From assembly GCA_027317865.1 (NCBI GenBank), contig DAHVQG010000014.1, forward strand, positions 12,645 through 76,644: DNA of 64,000 nt, written 5' to 3'. A program made the translations under genes and the position numbers. The notes beneath the pieces were generated by a model that saw nothing but the letters and a program-made list of their open reading frames with translations, was not told the DNA's origin and did no database searches. Source of the stretch: Bdellovibrionales bacterium. Lineage in GTDB: Bacteria > Bdellovibrionota > Bdellovibrionia > Bdellovibrionales > UBA1609. Below are positions 16,833 to 26,226 of this stretch, piece after piece; the stretch's first letter is position 1, and each line of letters opens with the position of its first letter.

Positions 16833-18862
16833 ATCAAAGGTACGATTAAAAAAGAAATTATGGCCATTAGCTTGATTAATATATTGAGCGCCGGGCCGGC
16901 GGTGTCTTTTAACGGATCACCAACACTGTCACCGAGCATCGCCGCTTGGTGAGTTTTCGATCCGCGCCGCTCACCTGCCATTTCGCCGGATTCAATACGT
17001 TTTCGCGCCGCCGCCCAAATGCCACCCGAATTCGTCATAAAAAGTCCAATCGCAACTCCGGTCACAATCGAGCCGACGAGAAATCCCCCCAAAGCTTCAG
17101 GGCCCAAAAGTTTACCAACCACAATAGGAGCGGCAACGGCAACAATTACCGGTATATTCATCTCTTTCAATGCGGCTTCGGCTGAAATTTCGGTACACCG
17201 ATTATTATCCGGCGTGCCCGTTCCGTTCAGCAAACCTGGAATTTCGCGAAACTGCCGGCGAATCTCAGCTACGACTTTAACCGCAGCGCGCGCAACCGAC
17301 TTCATGATTGCTGATGATATAAACAAAACAATCAAAGCCCCGATAAAAATTCCAGCCAAACATTTTGGATCGGACAAATTACCCGTTACTGAGCCCTTTG
17401 ACCGAAGAGCTTCCTGAAATGCAATAAAAAATGTAACAGAGGTCATAGCCGCAGCGGCAACCGAAAAACCTTTGCCGACAGTTGCGGTACGATTGCCGAG
17501 ATCATCGAGTTCGCCGGTAATCTTTCGCACTTCTGAATCAAGGCTTGCCATTTCTGCGATGCCACTGGCGTTATCAGCAATTGGTCCATAGGCATCTAGT
17601 GCTATCGTCGTCGCGACCGTTGCGAGCATCCCAATAGAGGTGAGGGAGATTCCAAATAACCCTGCACACAAGTAAGAAGCGATGATCGCGATGGCTAAAA
17701 TCAAAAGCGGGAGCGTCGCTGATTCAAACCCGGCGGCCAACCCCGACATAAAATTCGTCACCGGTCCGCTTTTGCCGGCTTCAGCGACTTGCCGTGACGG
17801 CCGCGTCGTCATATAAATATAAATCGTTTTGCCAATTAAAAAACCGCCAACTGTGCCAATTGCCACGGCATAAAAAATATTGAGTGTATAACCACCCGAT
17901 ATCAATAGCGCCGCAGTCGTACCTAAAAAACCAATCAAAGCTAATATTTCAATTACGAGCACAACTCGAGCTGAAGAATACCGACCCAAAAAATTGGCGA
18001 CTAAAATTGCAAATAATGAAGCGGCAAGTCCGATAGTGCCGAGAAAAAGCGGCAGTCCCACCATAAGGTTTTCATCAACACCGCCGAATTGTGTTTGAAT
18101 AACTTTGGCGGACAAATAGCTGGCTAAAATGACGGCCGCGACCATTGCCCCCACAAACGATTCAAAAATATCCGCCGACATTCCCGCAATCCCACTGACA
18201 TTGTCGCCGACTTGATCAGCGATCACGCCTGGATTTCGCGCGTCATCTTCGGCGATGCCACTCTCCACCTTACCGGCCATATCCGAGCCCATGTCGGCCG
18301 CCGTCGCAAATATGCCGCCACCGAGTCTCGAAAAAAGCGCGACCGATGAAGCACCTAATGAAAAACCCGCGACCATCATTGTAAAATGGTCGTGAGCAGC
18401 CTCAAAAAAATAAAAAATTGCCCCGAGAAAAATCAGACCAATGCTCGATATAAATAAACCAATCGATGCGGCGCTATTGAGCGAAACCCGTAGTGCCGCT
18501 CGCCGCCCGCTTGTTCGCGCGGCTTCAGCCGTACGAACGTTGGCTCGCGTCGAAACCATAAGGCCAAACCAACCGATCAAAATCGATGCCACAGCCCCCA
18601 AAACAAATGTCAACGCAAGCCATGGTCCAAAAACAAATCCAACAATCGCGCCAACAATCAAAATAAATATGCCGACTCGCGCAAGTTGTGCTTTCAAAAA
18701 AGTCATCGCTCCCGAACGAATCTCCTGCGCGATTGACCGCATCTTTTCGCTGCCTGCATTATCGGTACGGGGGGTGCGCGTCAGTAATACAAAAAGTAAG
18801 ATAGAAGATAAAAATCCGATCGCACCTGCAACCGGTGCCAAAATCCGAACATCAAAAACCAT
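16829..18862 (-). CDS. hppA: Membrane-integral pyrophosphatase (K+-dependent/Na+-PPase-like) with degenerate active site
   Basis: Many TM helices; GKVE..I.EDD.RNP, DAYGPIADNA, GDxVGDPLKDT, ILIK; several invariant residues replaced (see findings). Confidence 0.88.
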   Translation of the reverse strand: MVFDVRILAPVAGAIGFLSSILLFVLLTRTPRTDNAGSEKMRSIAQEIRSGAMTFLKAQLARVGIFILIVGAIVGFVFGPWLALTFVLGAVASILIGWFGLMVSTRANVRTAEAARTSGRRAALRVSLNSAASIGLFISSIGLIFLGAIFYFFEAAHDHFTMMVAGFSLGASSVALFSRLGGGIFATAADMGSDMAGKVESGIAEDDARNPGVIADQVGDNVSGIAGMSADIFESFVGAMVAAVILASYLSAKVIQTQFGGVDENLMVGLPLFLGTIGLAASLFAILVANFLGRYSSARVVLVIEILALIGFLGTTAALLISGGYTLNIFYAVAIGTVGGFLIGKTIYIYMTTRPSRQVAEAGKSGPVTNFMSGLAAGFESATLPLLILAIAIIASYLCAGLFGISLTSIGMLATVATTIALDAYGPIADNASGIAEMASLDSEVRKITGELDDLGNRTATVGKGFSVAAAAMTSVTFFIAFQEALRSKGSVTGNLSDPKCLAGIFIGALIVLFISSAIMKSVARAAVKVVAEIRRQFREIPGLLNGTGTPDNNRCTEISAEAALKEMNIPVIVAVAAPIVVGKLLGPEALGGFLVGSIVTGVAIGLFMTNSGGIWAAARKRIESGEMAGERRGSKTHQAAMLGDSVGDPLKDTAGPALNILIKLMAIISFLIVPLI

Positions 18863-18946
18863 ATGGACCTCGTGACTCTTAATCATTCGATGTTAAAATG
18901 ATTTTGTCCACAGCAATTCGAGGCAATTTTAGAAAGTGCGAGGCAA

Positions 18947-19303
18947 ATGATGAATCCCCAGGTTTTTAAAATCGTGCATATTTTGGCCGTTTTACTACTG
19001 TTCTACGCTTTGGGAGCCATCGCCGTTCAGTCGACGGGCGATCGCAAAGCCGATCGGCCCAAAATGCGCTTATACATGGCTTTGCATGGACTTGCCCTGC
19101 TTGTGATATTAGTGACGGGGCTGGTGCAAGTGCATCTTTTAAATACGGGGTTTCCGACTTGGCTTAAAATCAAATTTGACGTCTGGCTCTTACTTGGCGG
19201 ATCGGTTGTACTATTGGTGCGCAAACCGCAATGGCGTAACTGGATTTGGATTTTATTACTGGCATTGGCTTCGGTGGCCGTTGCCGCTGCCGTTATACGC
19301 TAA
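18947..19303 (+). CDS. Small four-TM membrane protein (SirB2-like)
   Basis: FKIVH, LHGLAL..ILVTG, W..IK pattern; four hydrophobic segments. Confidence 0.6.
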   Translation: MMNPQVFKIVHILAVLLLFYALGAIAVQSTGDRKADRPKMRLYMALHGLALLVILVTGLVQVHLLNTGFPTWLKIKFDVWLLLGGSVVLLVRKPQWRNWIWILLLALASVAVAAAVIR

Positions 19304-19310
19304 ACCGCTT

Positions 19311-20444
19311 CTAGGCGTTTATTTTGTATTCTAAAAATCGACATTCAATGTTGCCATTAAAAACAGGCATTCGGCGGCGCGCCTTGAGTTTAAGGGCCCC
19401 AGTGAGCGTTTCGTTACCTGACAAAATCCAACAGGTCCAATTTTTAAAATTCCTCTTAAGCGAAAACGCGAGGTCACGGTAAACGTCTTTCAGCTCTTCG
19501 GTCACGCCCATTCGTTCGCCATAGGGCGGGTTCACAATCAACACTCCCGGTTCACAGTCCGCGGGAGCGGTAAGTATATCAACCGCACTGGTAGCAAATC
19601 GAATTTCAGCGTCAACTCCGGCACGCACGGCGTTGTTTTGCGCAATCTGAACCATCTTCGAGCTACGATCAAAACCATACAGATGAAGAGTCGCACCGGC
19701 CAATTCATGACTGAGTGTCTCTGTTACAACGCGATCCCAAACGTCGGGTTGAAAAGCCAGAAAATTTTGAAACGCAAATCGTTTACGGTGCGATCCGGGC
19801 GCAATTTTTCGCGCACGCATAGCCGCTTCAATTAAAATTGTTCCAGATCCACACATCGGGTCAATAAGGGCGACATCTTCTTGCCAACCCGAAAGCGCCA
19901 GAAGTCCAGCGGCCAAATGCTCACGCAAAGGAGCCTCGCCCGATTGCGTTCGGTAACCTCGATAGCTCAGCGCTTCGCCACTCGTATCAATCGCGACGTT
20001 AACCTGACTTTTCACCACTCGAACCATCACGCGCAAGTCGGGGCGACTCGTGTCCACGTCGGGGCGGCTCCCGAATTTTTCGCGAAACTGGTCAACAATG
20101 GCATCTTTAGCCTTCATTGCGACAAACCGTTGATCTCGAAGAGAACTATCGCGAACTGCGGCATCAACCGCTAGCGTCTGATTCACTCGAATGTATTTGG
20201 TGAAATCATGTTTTTGCAGATTATGATAAAGGTCGTCGCCATTGTAGGCCGGGAAGTCGAGCACGGGCTTTAAAATTCGCGTCGCTGTACGCAGTTCAAG
20301 ATTCGCCCGATAACACCCCTCCCAGTTCGATTCAAAGGTAACCCCCGACCGATTTTTCTCAATAACTTTAAAGCCTAACGATGCGACTTCATCCGCAAGC
20401 ACATCAGTTAAACCGTTGGAGGTCACGGCGACAAATTGGGGCAT
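19311..20444 (-). CDS. THUMP-domain SAM-dependent rRNA methyltransferase (RlmL/YpsC-like)
   Basis: KDAIVDQF, LSYRGYR, APLRE.LAAG, DPMCGSGT, NPPYGER. Confidence 0.9.
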   Translation of the reverse strand: MPQFVAVTSNGLTDVLADEVASLGFKVIEKNRSGVTFESNWEGCYRANLELRTATRILKPVLDFPAYNGDDLYHNLQKHDFTKYIRVNQTLAVDAAVRDSSLRDQRFVAMKAKDAIVDQFREKFGSRPDVDTSRPDLRVMVRVVKSQVNVAIDTSGEALSYRGYRTQSGEAPLREHLAAGLLALSGWQEDVALIDPMCGSGTILIEAAMRARKIAPGSHRKRFAFQNFLAFQPDVWDRVVTETLSHELAGATLHLYGFDRSSKMVQIAQNNAVRAGVDAEIRFATSAVDILTAPADCEPGVLIVNPPYGERMGVTEELKDVYRDLAFSLKRNFKNWTCWILSGNETLTGALKLKARRRMPVFNGNIECRFLEYKINA

Positions 20445-20454
20445 AATTCACTTT

Positions 20455-20730
20455 CTATTCTCGTCGTTTTTGATTACGAGGTTGGCGTCTAGGCGCCATT
20501 GCGTTGATCACCTTCTCATTCAGTGTCTGGCGATCAAGAATCGTCGTCGGTTCATAGAGTTGCGCTTGTACGCGAAGGTCGTCTTCGTCTTGCCCGCCCG
20601 CGTACGTGTTTCGAATTGCCGGCCTCTGTGAAACCGTTTTTTGATCGATACTTGTCATATTCATTTGGGCAAAACACGCTTGCGCAATTAAGAGCAACGC
20701 AGCGGTAAATATTGTAAGCGATAATTTCAC
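20455..20730 (-). CDS. Hypothetical secreted protein
   Basis: Signal peptide ending ACFA; YAGGQDEDDLRVQ; fits between operon neighbours. Confidence 0.6.
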   Translation of the reverse strand: MKLSLTIFTAALLLIAQACFAQMNMTSIDQKTVSQRPAIRNTYAGGQDEDDLRVQAQLYEPTTILDRQTLNEKVINAMAPRRQPRNQKRRE

Positions 20731-20733
20731 GGC

Positions 20734-21567
20734 TCAAAACCTCCTGCGATGTGATTTTTGCGGAATTTGCTTACGAACTTGAAACAGCCGACTCGGCTCA
20801 AGTTCAACGGCAACTTCGGCAGCTCCGGGAGTGTCGATGTCGGCAAGAACCACTCCCCACGGATCGACGACAAGCGAATGACCAAATGTTTCGCGCCGAT
20901 TACCGCGCGCATTATGATGACCGCCGCTTTGAGCCGCCGCTACGACGAACGCTTGAGACTCAATTGCGCGGGCCCGCAAAAGCGCGTGCCAGTGAGCCTC
21001 ACCGGTTGGAACTAAAAAAGCCGACGGAACCATCAAAACATCCACCTCGCGAGCTGCATACCAACTATACAGTTCTGCGAAGCGAACGTCATAACAAATC
21101 GAAAGGCCAATTCGCCACCCGTTGATCTCAATGATTTGCGGAGCGCCCCCGTGAGCGAAACTCTCTGACTCGCGTACCGGCGGCGCTCCGTCGACATCGA
21201 CATCAAAGAGATGAATTTTATCGTAGGCCGGCCGAATATCACCTTCGTGATTCACCCAAATCGTTGTGTTTGTCGGCAATCCCTTTTCGCGTTTATACGG
21301 GATCGACCCGATCAGAATATGTGTGCCTTGTACTTTGGCAAAATCACGAAATTGACTCCAAAATGGTTCGGTTAAATCGAATGTCGTAGGATGCGCTCCA
21401 CGTTCGCTCGTTAGCCTTAAATAGAGCGCGTTTTCCGGTAAACATATCACGTCACAGTCGCGCAGGGCCGTCATCGCTTTGAGGGCCTGCGCAACGTTAT
21501 CGCCCACATCGTCAGTCGACGACATTTGTACAACTCCAACAAGGAGCGATTGGTTAGGGCTCGACAT
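20734..21567 (-). CDS. Carbon-nitrogen hydrolase (Nit1/deaminated-glutathione amidase-like)
   Basis: LPEN, YDKIHLFDVD, ICYDVRF (E-K-C triad), HW..LLRARAIE. Confidence 0.9.
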   Translation of the reverse strand: MSSPNQSLLVGVVQMSSTDDVGDNVAQALKAMTALRDCDVICLPENALYLRLTSERGAHPTTFDLTEPFWSQFRDFAKVQGTHILIGSIPYKREKGLPTNTTIWVNHEGDIRPAYDKIHLFDVDVDGAPPVRESESFAHGGAPQIIEINGWRIGLSICYDVRFAELYSWYAAREVDVLMVPSAFLVPTGEAHWHALLRARAIESQAFVVAAAQSGGHHNARGNRRETFGHSLVVDPWGVVLADIDTPGAAEVAVELEPSRLFQVRKQIPQKSHRRRF

Positions 21568-21937
21568 TGTTTTTTTCTGCTGTGGCATTCTCCAGCATCG
21601 ACGTCATTGTTACAGAATGAATGTCCCGGCAAACCCAATTTGCCTTTTCGAGATTCGACTTGATATTGTTCACAATTCGATTGCAGCTGGCGAGATAATG
21701 TCCGTACCCCACTTCGCGATCGATACCGCCGCGGGTGTAATAGGTTAAACAGTCAGACTTTGCCGATCGCCGGTCGACCCGAATTGTTCGCACGTCTTTT
21801 TTATTTTGGCATAAAACGTATGTAAGAGGAGTAAAATTAACCGATGCAGGCTTGGGTGGTGTTTTGGCGGGCACTGACGGCGACGCCAGCGCCAACGGAA
21901 ACGCGAATAGCAAAAATGTGGTCGCTATCCATTCCAA
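21554..21937 (-). CDS. Hypothetical secreted protein with four Cys
   Basis: Signal peptide; C...VRTIRV...C...YTR.G...C...NLEKANWVC. Confidence 0.7.
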   Translation of the reverse strand: MEWIATTFLLFAFPLALASPSVPAKTPPKPASVNFTPLTYVLCQNKKDVRTIRVDRRSAKSDCLTYYTRGGIDREVGYGHYLASCNRIVNNIKSNLEKANWVCRDIHSVTMTSMLENATAEKNNVEP

Positions 21938-21946
21938 AACTCATAC

Positions 21947-22216
21947 CTATGATTTTTGTGCGGATTTCGATTTGCTCGATTTCTTTTTCGCCGTTTTCTC
22001 ACGCGCGACGGTTTCGACAAGTTTCACATTCGAGTAATCCATAAAACCCTCGTGTTTCAAAATCCCTTCTTCTTTATCGAAGTGAGTTTGAACGCGAGCG
22101 CCCTGGACTTTTACCCGCAATTTTTGCTTATCCAGTTCAAGAACCGCACCTCGCGTGCCTTTTTGTGCACCGGCGATAACTTGAACTATGTCACCCTTTT
22201 TAATGGCTAACTTCAT
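21947..22216 (-). CDS. rplX: Ribosomal protein uL24-like KOW protein (short, orphan)
   Basis: IKKGDIVQVIAG..KG..G.V; E..MDYSNV.L; start overlaps the rpmB stop. Confidence 0.7.
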   Translation of the reverse strand: MKLAIKKGDIVQVIAGAQKGTRGAVLELDKQKLRVKVQGARVQTHFDKEEGILKHEGFMDYSNVKLVETVAREKTAKKKSSKSKSAQKS

Positions 22217-22524
22217 TTACCGTTACCTCCGCGAGTCGATCGCGCCTTTCGGCTCTGCGCTTGAATCTTCTTTTTAACCGTTAGAGCTCGTTTCGAAAGT
22301 ATATGATCCGGCTGATTTAAAATATACGTATCAAATCCACCGACGTGTTCCATATCGCGAATTGTCGAAGCCGCTACTAGAAACCGAAACGGACGGCCCA
22401 ATGCCGCGCTAAAGATCTGTTTTTTTTGAACATTCGGTTGCACTAAAAATTTTGTTTTGATGTTGGAGTGACTCACAAGATTTTTTACTTGTGGAGATTT
22501 GCCAGATAGTTCACAGCGTGACAT
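22213..22524 (-). CDS. rpmB: 50S ribosomal protein bL28
   Basis: MSRCELSGK...NLVSHSNIKTK...PNVQ...GGFD.YI. Confidence 0.92.
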   Translation of the reverse strand: MSRCELSGKSPQVKNLVSHSNIKTKFLVQPNVQKKQIFSAALGRPFRFLVAASTIRDMEHVGGFDTYILNQPDHILSKRALTVKKKIQAQSRKARSTRGGNGK

Positions 22525-22662
22525 GAAAACTTGCTCCTTTTACTGAGAAAGCATGAGATATAATGCGAATTTAGCCTTGTTGTCTATCCAAATTTGTCGT
22601 ATATCCATCCGACGGCTTACTGTTACTGTAATGTAGGCCGGTTAGCTACAAAGAGGTTTAAC

Positions 22663-22932
22663 TTGAAAAAGCCCGTTCGCTCAAAATATCGCGCTGAATA
22701 TCCCGCTGAATTTATTTTTGATTATAAAGATCCGCTAACTCTTGGGCGGTTTATTATGGAAGGCGGCAAAATCGTTCCGGCTCGCATCTCAAAACTAAGC
22801 CTTGCCCAGCAAAAGCGCCTTTCTCTTGCGATCAAGCGCGCTCGCAGCTTGGGACTGCTACCGTGTGGTGCCTTAGCCTACGATGTTCACGGTCGAGTCG
22901 AGGCCGTATCGGCCAAACCGTTCTCGGTTTAG
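22663..22932 (+). CDS. rpsR: 30S ribosomal protein bS18 (no Zn-binding CxxC)
   Basis: DYKD...[12 protein letters not shown]...QKRL..AIKRAR..GLLP; TTG start after GAGG. Confidence 0.92.
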   Translation: MKKPVRSKYRAEYPAEFIFDYKDPLTLGRFIMEGGKIVPARISKLSLAQQKRLSLAIKRARSLGLLPCGALAYDVHGRVEAVSAKPFSV

Positions 22933-22933
22933 A

Positions 22934-23551
22934 TCAATAGTAAGTACTACAATTGACGGAAAAGAGCATTCGCGACCAGGCGTCGTCGCGCGACAGTTTT
23001 TCCGCCCCAGGTAGAGCTGTGAAATAAGGTTCAAGAAACGCCTGCCATTTGGCCTGGCCATAAACATTGATGGCCACTTGTTGAAGCCGACAGTAAAGAC
23101 TTAAATCAGCGGCATCTAAAAATCCTGTTTTAACGGCACCAGAAGCCGGCGGCTGCTTACCCCAAGCAAGCTTGGCCATCAGATCAGTCGTGTGCCATAT
23201 CACATGCGAAAAGGACGATACGCTACCCAATTGATCAAAACACCTCGGCGACACCGTTTCTTGCTGACGCAAAACTTGCCGTACCCCTTGAAACAATGAA
23301 AAACATCCCCCCGGGTCCTTAGTTGAACGGCACTCAGCAAACCATTTTTGAAATTTTGTATGGGTTTGAAATTTATCTTTCGGGTTGAGCGCTAAAATGC
23401 TCGCGGTACTTGTCTTAAATTCAGCGACTTGCGCATCACAAATATTTTCAGGCGGGTTACTGAGCACGATAACGATGATCCCGACCGCAAGAACGATCGT
23501 TACAAACATTGCCTTTGGCAGCGACATCAGCCAGCGAGTGAATGATTCCAT
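22934..23551 (-). CDS. Hypothetical membrane-anchored Cys-containing protein
   Basis: N-terminal TM helix; six spaced Cys; AWG..PP motif. Confidence 0.7.
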   Translation of the reverse strand: MESFTRWLMSLPKAMFVTIVLAVGIIVIVLSNPPENICDAQVAEFKTSTASILALNPKDKFQTHTKFQKWFAECRSTKDPGGCFSLFQGVRQVLRQQETVSPRCFDQLGSVSSFSHVIWHTTDLMAKLAWGKQPPASGAVKTGFLDAADLSLYCRLQQVAINVYGQAKWQAFLEPYFTALPGAEKLSRDDAWSRMLFSVNCSTYY

Positions 23552-23569
23552 CAACTATAAGCTTAAAAC

Positions 23570-23601
23570 AAAAGGGCCGGATTTTCATCCAGCCCTTTTT
23601 T
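23570..23601. terminator. Rho-independent terminator (likely for the porin gene)
   Basis: AAAAGGGC-c-GGAT-TTTC-ATCC-a-GCCCTTTT hairpin with A/T tracts on both sides. Confidence 0.75.
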
Positions 23602-23635
23602 CATACGACTTTCGTCTTCAGATTTTACCGTTCAA

Positions 23636-24985
23636 TTAAAACGTCAGGTTACCTGATACGTAGTATTGTGAAACCGTCGTATGAAGACTGTTCGTCGTAC
23701 CGGCGGCATCAACTCCGCTGTAACCGCTGCCGGCTGAGAACATGCCGTAGTCAGCTGCGATAAAGAAGTTGTGACCATATGTTTTTCTGACGCAAAGATC
23801 GAGTTCGTTACCTAGTGTACCGTTGACGGTATTAACACCGCTGGCTGTGCTGAATGCATAACCATAATCACCCGGCATTACATCGCCATTCGCTTCAGTT
23901 TTTGAGAACATGTAGTAGTTAAGAGCAACTTTGATATCGTCGCGTGGCTGTGCTGAAACGCCGAACCATGTATAGGTGAGGTTACCCCAACCAAACATGC
24001 CCATCATGCCACCGTTGGCGTGACGGTCGTAAGCAAAACCATCGTAGGTTTTGTTTTGGTTCGCAACAGTTTTGTCGCCGCTATCTTGGTGCCAGCCAAC
24101 ATGAACACGAGCGCTCATGAGTGACGGGAAGGTATAGCCAACTTCAGCATCGATCATGTGTGTCGATAAACTTTGTTTGTTTGTTGTGCCGTATGCTGTG
24201 TAATTGCCGGATTCCATTTCATAGTCGACGCGATAGTCGACATTCATTTTGTCACCCGAGACCGCAACACCAGCGCGTGTTTCGCTACGAGCAGGCTCTT
24301 GTACATTCGCTCCGGGATAGGCCTGATATTTGGCTTGATCTTGGTAAACTTGCAAGACGTGGAGGTTTACCATTTTTAACCAAGTCGGTAGGTTTTTGAG
24401 GTCTTCAGAAATTCCGTAGAACCGAGCGGTTAGGTTTGGATCAAACGTGCCAGCCGTATTGTAACCCTCTGCACCTTTCACGCCAAAAAATGACGTGCGA
24501 CCCCAGTCTTGATCCCAACTGAGTAAGACGCCGTCAAATGCGGTTTCAACGTCTTCCCATTTGTTAGCAGAAATCAAACGACCATCACCCATGGTGAAAG
24601 CACCACGGCCTACGCGCATCATCCAACTGTCATTGATGACCCATGATGCATACGCTTGGTTGATGAGAAGCGAGTTGTTCAGGTCGTTCTGCGTATTTGC
24701 GTTGAGTTCGGTCATTGTCGAATCACCGTACTGTGCGGCACCCCAATCGGTGTTGCCGACTAAACTTAAATGAGCATTAAACCTTTCATTTGGTCGCGCG
24801 TTCACTCCCATGCGAAAACGCTGGTGAAAATTTGAACTGTCAGCCGATTTTTTACCGGCACTGTTTTGCCTGTCTTGATACTGCAAACGGTAATTGCCGC
24901 TTGCGGTAATTTGCGAGCCATCAGCATGTGCATAAGCAAATGGCATCAAACTGAGCACCGCTACGAGTGCGCATAGTTTTTTCAT
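23636..24985 (-). CDS. Outer-membrane beta-barrel porin (alginate export family-like)
   Basis: Signal peptide AHA; G.YR, HQRFR, INQAY..W, VGR...GDGRLI...W, LGNELD; C-terminal Phe. Confidence 0.8.
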   Translation of the reverse strand: MKKLCALVAVLSLMPFAYAHADGSQITASGNYRLQYQDRQNSAGKKSADSSNFHQRFRMGVNARPNERFNAHLSLVGNTDWGAAQYGDSTMTELNANTQNDLNNSLLINQAYASWVINDSWMMRVGRGAFTMGDGRLISANKWEDVETAFDGVLLSWDQDWGRTSFFGVKGAEGYNTAGTFDPNLTARFYGISEDLKNLPTWLKMVNLHVLQVYQDQAKYQAYPGANVQEPARSETRAGVAVSGDKMNVDYRVDYEMESGNYTAYGTTNKQSLSTHMIDAEVGYTFPSLMSARVHVGWHQDSGDKTVANQNKTYDGFAYDRHANGGMMGMFGWGNLTYTWFGVSAQPRDDIKVALNYYMFSKTEANGDVMPGDYGYAFSTASGVNTVNGTLGNELDLCVRKTYGHNFFIAADYGMFSAGSGYSGVDAAGTTNSLHTTVSQYYVSGNLTF

Positions 24986-25208
24986 TCGTTAACTCCCTTG
25001 TTGTTGACTAAGTTGTCGTTGACGCATCCAAACGCGCAAGTCATTAGTGCCACTTTGACCCACCATTACCAACGCGTATAGTTGATCGTAAATGCGGATT
25101 TTTTTCGAAGGCAATATTTTTTCGTTAAGTTACGGCTTCGCGTTACGACTTACGTCTGTTGACAGGCCATTTTTGTATACTTAATTTCGCGTGTTTGCCT
25201 GTTTCACT

Positions 25209-25285
25209 CGGGGAGTGGCTCAGCCCGGTAGAGCATCTGCTTTGGGAGCAGAGGGTCGCAGGTTCAAATCCTGTCTCCCCGACCA
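25209..25285 (+). tRNA. tRNA-Pro(TGG)
   Basis: CGGGGAG acceptor stem, anticodon arm TCTGC-TTTGGGA-GCAGA, GGTTCAAATCC T-arm, encoded CCA. Confidence 0.97.
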
Positions 25286-25410
25286 TTTTTCGAATGTTGC
25301 GAGTGCAACTCATCGAGAAATTCCAGTGATCGTAACTAGTTGAAAACACCGAAAAGAGCCTGGCGTCTTTAACTCGAAAATTTCGTGAAATATTGCGAAA
25401 TGTCCCCATT

Positions 25411-25441
25411 TTGCTACTTTTTTGCTACTTCGTTGCTACTT
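25411..25441 (+). repeat. Three TTGCTACTT direct repeats (integrase arm-type sites, left end)
   Basis: Copies at 25411, 25422 and 25433 (11-bp period). Confidence 0.75.
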
Positions 25442-25661
25442 GAAAAACCGTCGCGCAGGCGCCGTATTCTAAATTCACGCCCGCCATTTTCTAGAACGAC
25501 ATTGCAAATTTTGAACGCCACTCGATTTTTTACTTTGGATCTGAAATTCCAGTCTCGTGCGAATTTCAATATGTGACTTTACGAATTTGTCGCGGGACTT
25601 TTACATCCGCACTCAACAGATATTTAAACGATTTAAACAACATCTCTAAAAGGGGATCAAT

Positions 25662-25841
25662 ATGAACTTCGATAAACTCATTGAATGGGCCGTCATTGTT
25701 GTACTTGCTTACGCAATGACCGGCCATCTCGGCACATTGCAACGTTGGATTTGGCGCGAACAAGCTAAAGTTTTGTACGCATCGCGAGCGTCCGCTTGGC
25801 CGACGCCAAGGTTGTGGACCGAACCCAAGATACGTCGATAG
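25662..25841 (+). CDS. 59-aa small membrane protein (absent from ORF track)
   Basis: AAGGGG SD; MNFDKLIEWAVIVVLAYAMTGHLGTLQRWIWREQAKVLYASRASAWPTPRLWTEPKIRR. Confidence 0.65.
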   Translation: MNFDKLIEWAVIVVLAYAMTGHLGTLQRWIWREQAKVLYASRASAWPTPRLWTEPKIRR

Positions 25842-25966
25842 CGCCAAATTTAGCTGGTCTATCGCCTGATACTGGGCGCCCTCAGCTCTAGCCGTTGAGT
25901 CCGAAATCGCCACAAAATCTGGACTTACAGACCTTCAGGAATAAACTGAATGAAGAAATGAGGGCA

Positions 25967-26212
25967 ATGGATCAGTCGGAACTCAAATCCTTAATTGAAT
26001 TTATGGCAAAGGCGCTCGCGGATAACCCAGACGAAGTAGAGGTTAATGAAATTGTTGGTGAACAAACAACAGTCCTTGAACTGCGGGTGGCCAAAGCAGA
26101 TCTGGGCAAAGTAATCGGCAAGCAAGGAAGAACAGCCCAATCGATTCGTACAATTCTCAATGCTGCAAGTACGAAGCTTCAAAAACGAAGCGTCTTAGAA
26201 ATTGTCGAGTGA
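25967..26212 (+). CDS. khpA: KH-domain RNA-binding protein KhpA (UPF0109)
   Basis: [16 protein letters not shown]...[26 protein letters not shown]...LEIVE. Confidence 0.9.
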   Translation: MDQSELKSLIEFMAKALADNPDEVEVNEIVGEQTTVLELRVAKADLGKVIGKQGRTAQSIRTILNAASTKLQKRSVLEIVE

Positions 26213-26226
26213 CCGTACAAAACTGA

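Noticed and set aside
25143-25409. 88-aa minus-strand ORF
   Set aside because: Antisense translation of tRNA-Pro (MVGETGFEPAT is a typical tRNA shadow)
25566-25913. 115-aa minus-strand ORF
   Set aside because: Antisense to the better-supported 59-aa plus-strand gene; no motifs
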